Source of the DNA: Bacteroidales bacterium
GTDB lineage: Bacteria > Bacteroidota > Bacteroidia > Bacteroidales > WCHB1-69
Assembly: GCA_045598105.1 (NCBI GenBank)
Contig: JAZLLK010000088.1
Coordinates: 9,749 to 73,748 of the forward strand
Length of the DNA: 64,000 nt
Reading direction: 5' to 3'
The first letter of the stretch is position 1. Each line of letters opens with the position of its first letter. A program made the translations under genes and the position numbers. Below the pieces are notes generated by a model. That model did no database searches. It was not told the origin of the DNA and saw only the letters and a program-made list of their open reading frames with translations. This document shows positions 27,798 through 35,785 of the stretch, in pieces.

Positions 27798-30260
27798 TTA
27801 GGAACGGAGTTTGGCATGGAGTTCGCGTTCGTAGGCCGCTACCAGTTTATCCATGATGCGGGTAATTTCGTTGTTGGTAAGGGTTTTTTCCTTATTGCTA
27901 AGCACGTAGCGTATAGCGTATGATTTTTTACCTTCTTCTATGTTTTTACCTTCGTACACATCGAACAGGTTCATGGATTTAAGGAAATGTTTTTCGGTAC
28001 GTAAGCTTATCTGTTCTATTTGTTGGTAGGTAATGTTATGGTCCACCAGCAGGGCAAGGTCGCGGTTTACTTCCGGAAATTTGTTTAGGTCTTCAAATAT
28101 GGTTTTTTTACCTTTTTGTGCTTTAGCCAGCATTTGGCAGTCGGTTTCGGCATAGAATACATTTTGTTTTATGTCAAAATGCTTAAGTATTTCGGGTTTT
28201 ACCTGTCCTATTACGGCAAGGGGGGTATTATTGAAGGAGTAAACAAGTGCATGGTGGAGGAAGGGGTGTTCTGTATCGGCTTGGGTGGTCATATTATGCA
28301 TATTTACCAGTACACGAGCCATGGCGTTTTCCAGCATATTTTTCAGGTAGAAGAAGTCGGTATCGGTTTGTTTTTCCTGCCATGATTCATGTTGTTTTTT
28401 GCCGCACACCCACATAGCCATTTTAGGTTCTTCTACATAGCGGGCGGTAACGTCATCGGTAGGGGTGGCTTGGGTATTTTTGTGGTATATTTTGCCGAAT
28501 TCGTATATTTTGATATTTTCGTTAGCGTGGTTGATATTATGTATAATATTTTCCAGTCCGCTCAGGAGCAGCGTTTGCCGCATATTTTGCAGGTCTCGGC
28601 TAAGGGGGTTTACCATACTTATAGTTTCATTAGAGGCAATAAACCCGAAGGCTTCGACGTATTCGGCTTTAGTGAGAGAATTGTTCATAACTTCGCAAAA
28701 ACCATTGCTGCTCAGGTAGTTTGATATTGTTTCCTGGGCGTGTGCCATATTGTTTTGTGGCAGGAATGACAGGGCGTAATTAATATGGGTAGGCAGTTCT
28801 ATGTTATTATATCCGTATATGCGGAGGAATTCTTCTACGAGGTCGGCTTCGCGGGTAACGTCCACTTTATTGGCAGGTATGCGGAACACTGCTTTTTGGA
28901 CATCATGTTCTATGGCTTGTATTTCTATAGCCTGCAGGGTGCGTATAATTTCTTCTGCGGGTATGTTTTTGCCTACTAATTGGCACAGGCGGTTGTAGTG
29001 CAGTGTAATGGTGCATTCTTGTATGGGGGTAGGGTAGGTGTCGGTAATTTCGGATATTTCGCCGCCTGCAAGTTGTTGTATCAGCAGGGCTGCTCTTTGG
29101 AGGGCGGTGAGGGTAATTTGCGGGTCGCAGCCTCTTTCATAGCGGAAGGAGGCGTCGGTTTTAAGTCCGTGGCGTTTGGCTGTTTTGCGTATGCACACGG
29201 GGTTAAAGTAGGCGCTTTCAAGGAACACATTGGTGCTATTGTCGGTAATGCCGGCGGATAGTCCGCCAAATACGCCGGCCATACACATGGGTTCTTGAGC
29301 GTTACATATCATAAGGTCTTCGTGGCTAAGTTTGCGTTCTACGCCGTCAAGGGTGGTAAATACGGTGCCTTCCTGAGCTTTTTGAACTATGACTTTATTT
29401 TCTGCTATTTTATCTGCGTCAAAGGAGTGAAGGGGTTGACCATATTCGAAGAGTACATATTGGGTAACGTCCACTACATTATTAATAGGGCGTACGCCTA
29501 TAGACAGCAATCGGTTTTGCAGCCATTGCGGGGAGGGTGCTATGTGTACGTTTTTAATGCACAGTCCCGAGTAACGGGGGCAGGCTTCGGTATTATTTAC
29601 CTGCACTGATATGTAGGGAGTGTAGGTGCCGCTGAAGGCGGAGGTGTTGGGGTATTGGAGGGTAAGGTGTTGGTTATATTTAAGGTTATATAGGGCTATA
29701 AGGTCACGTGCCACGCCTATGTGTGAGGTGGCGTCGGAGCGGTTAGGGGTGAGTCCTATTTCGAATATGGTATCATTTTCTATGTGGAAGTATTCGGCGG
29801 CGGGGGTACCTATGGCGGGGGTATTAGGTAGGACTATAATGCCGTCATGGGAGTCGCCTATGCCTATTTCGTCTTCGGCGCAGAGCATGCCTTCTGATTC
29901 TACGCCTCTTATTTTTGATTTCTTTATCTTAAAGCTTTCGCCGTTTTTAGGGTAGAGCACGGTGCCTATGGTGGCCACTACCACATATTGGCCGCCGGCT
30001 ACATTAGGTGCTCCACACACTATATTAAGCGGGCGTTCGCCACCGGTGTCCACGGTGGTAATGTGCAGGTGGTCGGAGTCGGGGTGCATTTCGCAGGTGA
30101 GCACCTTGCCTATGGTAAGTCCTTCAAGTCCGCCGGGGACTGATTGGAAAGTTTCCATCATTTCTACTTCCAGACCGCAGCCGGTGAGCATGTCAGCTAC
30201 TTCTTGTGCGGGCAGGTTAATGTTTACATAGTCTTTGAGCCAATTGTATGAAATTTTCAT
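27798..30260 (-). CDS. pheT: phenylalanine--tRNA ligase beta subunit
   Basis: 820 aa beginning MKISYNWLKDYV, followed by tRNA-binding, B3/4, B5 and FDX-ACB like segments. Confidence 0.95.
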   Translation of the reverse strand: MKISYNWLKDYVNINLPAQEVADMLTGCGLEVEMMETFQSVPGGLEGLTIGKVLTCEMHPDSDHLHITTVDTGGERPLNIVCGAPNVAGGQYVVVATIGTVLYPKNGESFKIKKSKIRGVESEGMLCAEDEIGIGDSHDGIIVLPNTPAIGTPAAEYFHIENDTIFEIGLTPNRSDATSHIGVARDLIALYNLKYNQHLTLQYPNTSAFSGTYTPYISVQVNNTEACPRYSGLCIKNVHIAPSPQWLQNRLLSIGVRPINNVVDVTQYVLFEYGQPLHSFDADKIAENKVIVQKAQEGTVFTTLDGVERKLSHEDLMICNAQEPMCMAGVFGGLSAGITDNSTNVFLESAYFNPVCIRKTAKRHGLKTDASFRYERGCDPQITLTALQRAALLIQQLAGGEISEITDTYPTPIQECTITLHYNRLCQLVGKNIPAEEIIRTLQAIEIQAIEHDVQKAVFRIPANKVDVTREADLVEEFLRIYGYNNIELPTHINYALSFLPQNNMAHAQETISNYLSSNGFCEVMNNSLTKAEYVEAFGFIASNETISMVNPLSRDLQNMRQTLLLSGLENIIHNINHANENIKIYEFGKIYHKNTQATPTDDVTARYVEEPKMAMWVCGKKQHESWQEKQTDTDFFYLKNMLENAMARVLVNMHNMTTQADTEHPFLHHALVYSFNNTPLAVIGQVKPEILKHFDIKQNVFYAETDCQMLAKAQKGKKTIFEDLNKFPEVNRDLALLVDHNITYQQIEQISLRTEKHFLKSMNLFDVYEGKNIEEGKKSYAIRYVLSNKEKTLTNNEITRIMDKLVAAYERELHAKLRS

Positions 30261-30280
30261 CTTTTAAAAGATTTTTGGGT

Positions 30281-31138
30281 TTAACTGCGTTGATTTCTTC
30301 TATGATATGTTTTATAAGGAGCTCCTTTTTTCTTACGGCTATTGACAGGGGTGTAGCCGTGTTTGAGCTGATTTTTCCTATAGGAATAGTTCGGCGACTT
30401 GCGTTCCATGGCAAAGTCGTCTTCGGTGTCACGGGAGGCATTTTTGAAATGGAATATGTATTGGCAGCCTACCTGCAGGAAGGCAAAGCCTTCCAAATTT
30501 TTACGGTTTGATTCGTACGAATCAAACCGGTCATCTTTAATCCACCGGTAGTTGGTAGCAAAGGTAAATTTCCAATTTCGGGCAAAGCGGTAGCCGAAGC
30601 CTATGCCGAAGGGCAGGCTGAATACGTATTTAAAGGCGCCCGACTGTCTGTGATAGTTGTCGGGGGTGTATTGTATTTCTTTTTCGGTTTCCATATCGGT
30701 ACGTATGCTGCGATAGCCCAGCCAGCCTATGCCTATGGATAAAGTGAGGTCCCAGTTCTCCAAATCATGGCTGCGGGGAAAGCATCCGAATATGTCAAAG
30801 GTATGTATCATTGACAATTCGTGCACATGTGATATTTTGGTTTCCATGTTTAGGGTGTAGTTTTTAGCTCCCAGGTTACAGTATAGCACATTGATGCGGG
30901 CAAACCAAAATGAGGCTATATCTTTACCAAAGTATGCCGAACCGGCAAAATGACGATCCTTATAAAAGTCTACGGTGACAGGGTTAGCAAAGAATGGGTT
31001 GCTTTGCGGTGATACATCACCAAAAAAGCGGTCTATACCCACATTAATGCCCACGTTCCAGTTTCTGCCGGCGTCATAAAACTGTGCCCGGACAGCTAAA
31101 GATGTGAATAATAATGTGAATATAAATATTTTACGCAT
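30281..31138 (-). CDS. outer-membrane beta-barrel protein with a basic C-terminal tail
   Basis: 285 aa with signal peptide MRKIFIFTLLFTSLAVRAQ. Alternating beta-strand pattern ends at QYIFHF, followed by about 50 aa of K/R/Y-rich tail. Confidence 0.5.
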   Translation of the reverse strand: MRKIFIFTLLFTSLAVRAQFYDAGRNWNVGINVGIDRFFGDVSPQSNPFFANPVTVDFYKDRHFAGSAYFGKDIASFWFARINVLYCNLGAKNYTLNMETKISHVHELSMIHTFDIFGCFPRSHDLENWDLTLSIGIGWLGYRSIRTDMETEKEIQYTPDNYHRQSGAFKYVFSLPFGIGFGYRFARNWKFTFATNYRWIKDDRFDSYESNRKNLEGFAFLQVGCQYIFHFKNASRDTEDDFAMERKSPNYSYRKNQLKHGYTPVNSRKKKGAPYKTYHRRNQRS

Positions 31139-31152
31139 GTGCTAAGCAAGGG

Positions 31153-31632
31153 CTATTTTTTGTGAGGGTACAGGGTGTATGATACCGACTGCACATCAGG
31201 AAGGTCATAATACCGGGTGGTATTTTGAATGTCAATGGTATAGTTGCCTTCATGTGCGAAGGTGCGATTAGTGAATACATTCATACTTACTGTCCACACA
31301 TCACCGGTAACATCTCCCAAGTGGTTACCTTCTATATCTTTTACTGACAGGTATTTGGTAAATACGTTTTCCTGCCCGTCAGGGTAGGTGAGTATGATTT
31401 GTATAGGAATGAGGCTATGCTCAAAGTTATCCCATACGCTAAGGTGTATATCCATGTCATAAGCCGTGCGGGTATTGGTAATGGAGAAAGTGTCGGTAAT
31501 GGGAACAAAATGGTTCCAAATGTTACCGCTGAAGGTGTATGTATAGTTATATTGATGGCGTGAACCGCAACTTATAAGGCACAAAGCACTTATGCACACG
31601 GCCACGTAGCAGATGTATTTACTTAATTTCAT
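31153..31632 (-). CDS. gldH: GldH-like lipoprotein
   Basis: 159 aa with lipobox LISCGS. The Y.F....W pattern, then PDG...G..GD...F...G.Y.., and the size resemble gliding-motility lipoprotein GldH. Recognised from memory of the family, not searched. Confidence 0.5.
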   Translation of the reverse strand: MKLSKYICYVAVCISALCLISCGSRHQYNYTYTFSGNIWNHFVPITDTFSITNTRTAYDMDIHLSVWDNFEHSLIPIQIILTYPDGQENVFTKYLSVKDIEGNHLGDVTGDVWTVSMNVFTNRTFAHEGNYTIDIQNTTRYYDLPDVQSVSYTLYPHKK

Positions 31633-31682
31633 ATATTATATTGCTGGTTATCAATTAGGTTAAAAAATATTAACAATAAATA

Positions 31683-31744
31683 CAAAGGTATAATTTTTTT
31701 TTCAGTCAAAAGGCGTTTTGGTATTAAAATTTGGTGTACTTTTG
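31683..31744. promoter_or_regulatory. divergent -7 boxes for gldH-like (minus) and the GT-A glycosyltransferase (plus)
   Basis: The reverse complement of CAAAGGTA (31683-31690) is TACCTTTG. TACTTTTG (31737-31744) lies 17 nt upstream of the ATG at 31762. Confidence 0.55.
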
Positions 31745-31761
31745 CTTTAAAAAATATAGAA

Positions 31762-32982
31762 ATGGCTGTTAAACACGTATACATACTTATACCGGCTATG
31801 GATGAGGAAGCATATTTGCCTAATACACTGGCATGTATAATGCGTGAAAGTGTGTGTGTGCCTGTAAGGGTAATGGTGTGTGTGAATCAGCCCGATGACT
31901 GGTGGCAGCAAGCTGATAAGCTGGCCGTGTGTGAGTCTAACAGACGCACCATGGCTTATGTACAGGCCACTTACGGAGGTTTGGTAGAGGTTACAGACTG
32001 TTCTTCACCCGGCAGGGGCTGGGCTGCTAACCGATGTGGGGTAGGCATGGCCAGGCGGCTATTGATGCGGCAGGCCTTACGTGAGGCGGAGCCCGATGAT
32101 GTGCTTATAAGTATGGATGCCGATACCTGCTGGCAGCAGGGTTATGTGCAGGAGGTATGTGATAGGCTGGCACATAAGGCTGAAGCATTGTGCAGCCGGT
32201 ATTATCACCCCATGAGTGGGGCACTCAGGCAGGACAGGGCCATGCTGAGGTATGAAATATATATGCGAAGTTATTTAATTAATCAGCTGCGTATAGGGTC
32301 GCCGTATGCCTTTACGGCATTAGGTTCGGTAATAGCGTGTACGGCCGGCGCGGCCAAAAAGGTGGACGGCTTTGATACACAGGTGTCGGGTGAAGATTTC
32401 TATTTTTTGCAAAAGCTGGCCAAAAGCAGGCCTGTGGCTTTGTATAGTGAGCAGGTGGTATATCCGGCCAACAGGGTGTCACATAGGGTGCCGTATGGTA
32501 CGGGGCCTGCCATAGCCAAAAATATGGAGGGGCATACGGAGGTGTATCCTGTATTTTCTCCCTCGCATTTTGATGATATAAAACAGGTGTATGATATGCT
32601 TCCTTCCCTTATGGAGGCAGATGTGGAATGTAAATATTTGTATTTTTTAACACAATTATTTAAAAATAATAATTTTTTAGCTCCTTTAAGACGTAATAGT
32701 AAAAGTATAACTCAGTTTAAAAAAGCGTTCCATCAAAAAGCGGATGCTTTGCGGGAATTTCAATATTTACGATGGTGTACGCAGCAGGAGGCGGGTGGTG
32801 ATGAAGAACATTTGCTCCGGTTGTTGCAGCAGCATTATGCCACGCATGCCGGTGTACTGCCACCTGCAGGGTGGACTATGGAAGCCTTGCCTGTAGAGCG
32901 GCTTAATGCCATAAGGAATGAATTATATGTTATAGAGGATGAGCTAAGGAAGGAGAGTGATAGAAGAAATAATTATATATAA
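31762..32982 (+). CDS. GT-A fold glycosyltransferase (family 2-like)
   Basis: 406 aa with N-terminal VYILIPAMDEEAYLPNTL and a DxD-like ISMDADT. Confidence 0.5.
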   Translation: MAVKHVYILIPAMDEEAYLPNTLACIMRESVCVPVRVMVCVNQPDDWWQQADKLAVCESNRRTMAYVQATYGGLVEVTDCSSPGRGWAANRCGVGMARRLLMRQALREAEPDDVLISMDADTCWQQGYVQEVCDRLAHKAEALCSRYYHPMSGALRQDRAMLRYEIYMRSYLINQLRIGSPYAFTALGSVIACTAGAAKKVDGFDTQVSGEDFYFLQKLAKSRPVALYSEQVVYPANRVSHRVPYGTGPAIAKNMEGHTEVYPVFSPSHFDDIKQVYDMLPSLMEADVECKYLYFLTQLFKNNNFLAPLRRNSKSITQFKKAFHQKADALREFQYLRWCTQQEAGGDEEHLLRLLQQHYATHAGVLPPAGWTMEALPVERLNAIRNELYVIEDELRKESDRRNNYI

Positions 32983-32989
32983 TAATTAT

Positions 32990-34234
32990 ATGATAGAATT
33001 TGAAAAATATAAGTTAAACAACGGGCTTACCGTAATATTGCAGCCCGATAGTACTACGCCCATGGCAGCGGTGAATGTATGTTATAATGTGGGTTCACGT
33101 GATGAGCGGGAGGAAAGAACCGGTTTTGCTCATTTATTTGAGCATTTAATGTTTGGCGGTTCAAGGAATGTACCCTCGTATGATGAGCTTTTGCAAAGGG
33201 TAGGTGGTGAAAACAATGCTTTTACCGGTGCCGATATTACCAATTACTATCTTACCTTGCCGGCGCAGAATGTGGAAACGGCTTTTTATTTGGAGTCGGA
33301 CCGTATGAATGAGTTGGCCTTTGGGGAAAAGAGTTTTAATGTACAGCGTAATGTGGTGGTGGAGGAGTTCAATCAGTCGTATTTGAATCAGCCGTATGGT
33401 GATGCCATGTTGCTGTTAAAGCCTTTGGCGTATAAGGTGCATCCGTACCGATGGAACACCATAGGTATTACGCCTGAGCATGTAAAAAATGCCACCATGG
33501 AGGAGGTAAAGGAGTTTTTTTACACTTTTTACCGCCCTGATAATGCGGTGCTCACCGTGAGCGGGAATATACATGTGGAGGAGTGTAAAAAAATGATACA
33601 TAAGTGGTTTTCTGATATTTCGGCCGGCAGCCCCTACCATCGTAACCTGCCAAAAGAGCCTATACAGCGTGAGGCACGCCTACAGCAGGTAGAAAGGGAT
33701 GTGCCTTGTGATGCCTTGTACAAGGCATATAAAATGTGCAGGCGTAACTGTCCTGATTTTTACGCCACGGATTTGCTTTCAGATGTGCTCTCCAATGGTG
33801 ATTCGGCACGGCTTACGCGGTATTTGGTGAATGAGCAGCATGTATTTACCTCGGTGAGTGCCTATGTAACGGGTACATTTGATGAAGGACTATTCATTAT
33901 ATCGGGATATGTAAATGAGGGCGTGAGTATGGAAGAAGCCGATAAGGCGGTGCAGGAACAGTTGCAGGCATTGTGCGAGCAGCCTGTAAGTGATTATGAA
34001 CTGCAAAAGGTGAAGAATAAGGTGCAAACCGTGCTGGACTATGCAGAGTTGGCCGTACAGGATAAGGCCATGAATTTGTCCATATTTGAGGTAATGTCAC
34101 AGGCTGAAGATGTTAACGCTGAAGATGAAAAGTATATGGGAGTAAGCAAGGAGAATATGCAAATGCTTGCAAAAGAAGTGTTTGATAACGAAAAATGCTC
34201 CACATTATATTATAAGGCACAAAAAAGTAAGTAG
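32990..34234 (+). CDS. M16 family zinc peptidase (pitrilysin-like)
   Basis: The start is trimmed to MIEFEKYKLNNGL. It has the inverted zinc motif HLFEHLMFGG (HxxEH). Confidence 0.85.
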   Translation: MIEFEKYKLNNGLTVILQPDSTTPMAAVNVCYNVGSRDEREERTGFAHLFEHLMFGGSRNVPSYDELLQRVGGENNAFTGADITNYYLTLPAQNVETAFYLESDRMNELAFGEKSFNVQRNVVVEEFNQSYLNQPYGDAMLLLKPLAYKVHPYRWNTIGITPEHVKNATMEEVKEFFYTFYRPDNAVLTVSGNIHVEECKKMIHKWFSDISAGSPYHRNLPKEPIQREARLQQVERDVPCDALYKAYKMCRRNCPDFYATDLLSDVLSNGDSARLTRYLVNEQHVFTSVSAYVTGTFDEGLFIISGYVNEGVSMEEADKAVQEQLQALCEQPVSDYELQKVKNKVQTVLDYAELAVQDKAMNLSIFEVMSQAEDVNAEDEKYMGVSKENMQMLAKEVFDNEKCSTLYYKAQKSK

Positions 34235-34250
34235 TATGAAAAAAAATTAG

Positions 34251-34258
34251 TACTTTTG
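34251..34258 (+). promoter_or_regulatory. -7 box for the beta-barrel gene at 34292
   Basis: agTACTTTTGca, 33 nt upstream of the ATG. Confidence 0.55.
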
Positions 34259-34291
34259 CAATTTTGAGTCATTAATTAAACAAGTCGATAT

Positions 34292-35023
34292 ATGAAAAAG
34301 AAAATAGTATTATTAGCCGGTATAGCCTTATTGTGGGCAGGTAATGTGGCGTATGCACAGTTTTCCATTAAAGCAGGCGGATGTTTGCCTTTTGTGGGTG
34401 AAAATTTCAGCAGTTATGCCAATGATTTTAAGCAGGAGCAAATAGGAGTGTATGCAGGGCTGGAAGGTAACATACATGTGTGGGATCACAAGCGTGAACA
34501 TACTGACCATTCCATAGGTATTACCCTGAATGCAGATTATATGTGGAATACTTGGAATACCGCCTATAGGCAAAAAATATCCGATAAGTACACCGCATTA
34601 TATACTAATGCCAATGTGAGTTATGTACATTATATGAATATACCCGTAATGATAGGCCTACGATATAAAATGCAGGCTTCCAATCACTCGGTAGGTATGT
34701 CAATAGATGCAGCCGTGGGCTGTGACCTGCTGTACCGCACTCCGCTCAAGGTGGGGTATAAGCTTGCAGGAAAAGATATGCAGTATAAGAAAGAATACAA
34801 CCTGTCCTATGGAGTGGCTGCCCGTGCGGGTATATGCTTATTGGCAGGGGATCATTTTTGTGTAGGTGTGCATTATCATTTGTTACATATAAGTAATAAC
34901 AGCGGTGTAACCTCGCTGTCAAAAATGCCTTCAGGTGAAGAAGTGGAGTACAATGAGTGGACAAATGATAATGTAAAACTGTTTTCACACACATTCGGCT
35001 TTTCAATAGGTGTAATATTTTAG
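34292..35023 (+). CDS. outer-membrane beta-barrel (porin-family) protein
   Basis: 243 aa with signal peptide ending AYAQ, alternating hydrophobic strands and a C-terminal ...FSIGVIF. Confidence 0.5.
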   Translation: MKKKIVLLAGIALLWAGNVAYAQFSIKAGGCLPFVGENFSSYANDFKQEQIGVYAGLEGNIHVWDHKREHTDHSIGITLNADYMWNTWNTAYRQKISDKYTALYTNANVSYVHYMNIPVMIGLRYKMQASNHSVGMSIDAAVGCDLLYRTPLKVGYKLAGKDMQYKKEYNLSYGVAARAGICLLAGDHFCVGVHYHLLHISNNSGVTSLSKMPSGEEVEYNEWTNDNVKLFSHTFGFSIGVIF

Positions 35024-35060
35024 TAAACAGGTGTTTATGATAAATAACACTTTGCAATGT

Positions 35061-35109
35061 TTAATCACATAAAAAAACATTCGTTTTTTTTATGTGATTA
35101 AAGTTTTTT
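35061..35109 (+). terminator. intrinsic terminator after the 34292 beta-barrel gene
   Basis: The 17-bp AT-rich stem is ttaatcacataaaaaaa/tttttttatgtgattaa with loop cattcg, followed by gTTTTTTT. Confidence 0.7.
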
Positions 35110-35129
35110 TAGGGTTATAACATATACAC

Positions 35130-35628
35130 ATGAAACGATTAATATATTTAAGTATAGCAATAATATTGCTAATGGTAACCGGCTGTAAAAAGCAGGTGAA
35201 AAGCGTAAACGTAACACCCGCAACTTTAGCCTTAAAGGTGTGGTAAATGTGTTGTTTACAGGCTGTTGTAATGCCCGATAAGTCGCCTTAGGAGGTAACA
35301 AGTATAAGTAATGGCATGACCGTGACAGAAACAAATGTTATGGGCAATGTAAAGGCATTAGCCGGAGGCGAGTATGAAATATATGCCTGTGCCGATGTAT
35401 TTAAGGCTGTATGTAAGGTAAGGGTGGAGGCAGCCGGGCCCGGAGATGGTATCGGTGCCACCACAGGCAACCTTCGTGTGGTACGCGGCGACAGCCGGAA
35501 AAATGATGAAACCTATAGCCGCATCACCGCCCGATACGGTTGCAGTGCTAATGCCGGTTATGACTGCAACGGGCTTCGTTTGGTGCAGGAACCCTAATAA
35601 ATATAGTGAAACAGTCTATGTGGTATAG
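35130..35628 (+). pseudogene. decayed lipoprotein gene with a bacterial Ig-like (Big_2) domain
   Basis: Starting at the ATG at 35130, one frame reads MKRLIYLSIAIILLMVTGCKKQVKSVNVTPATLALKVW[TAA 35244-35246]MCCLQAVVMPDKSP[TAG 35289-35291]EVTSISNGMTVTETNVMGNVKALAGGEYEIYACADVFKAVCKVRV. This follows the Big_2 consensus across both stops. The protein-like reading then shifts to the +1 frame, ending at TAG 35626-35628 just before a terminator. Confidence 0.65.
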
Positions 35629-35637
35629 CTCTAATAT

Positions 35638-35671
35638 ATATCCGCTACGCAGGTGTCGGATATTTTTTTTG
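35638..35671 (+). terminator. intrinsic terminator after the Big_2 pseudogene
   Basis: The stem is atatccg/cggatat with a 12-nt loop, followed by T8. It lies 10 nt after TAG 35626-35628. Confidence 0.65.
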
Positions 35672-35785
35672 CCCGCAAGGGTAATTGTATATGTAAAAGG
35701 TATGCCCTTTCATACGGGTAGGAATGAGCAGTGTCTTTTATTTTTTTTGCCGCCATTGGCGGTAAAAAATTATGATTATGTAAAA

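Noticed and set aside
35244-35291. Possible stop-codon reassignment or programmed readthrough, because TAA and TAG lie in frame inside a Big_2 domain.
   Set aside because: TAA and TAG terminate many well-supported genes in this same window, for example rpsF, rplI, purN and polA. The gene also has a frameshift and no promoter box. Pseudogenisation is the simpler explanation.
35745-35775. The hairpin ttttttgccgcc-att-ggcggtaaaaaa downstream of the 819-aa activase-related gene, as a possible terminator.
   Set aside because: In both orientations the T-run precedes the stem and the A-run follows it. It therefore lacks a 3' U-tail. It may simply be an extended hairpin, so I did not list it as a terminator.
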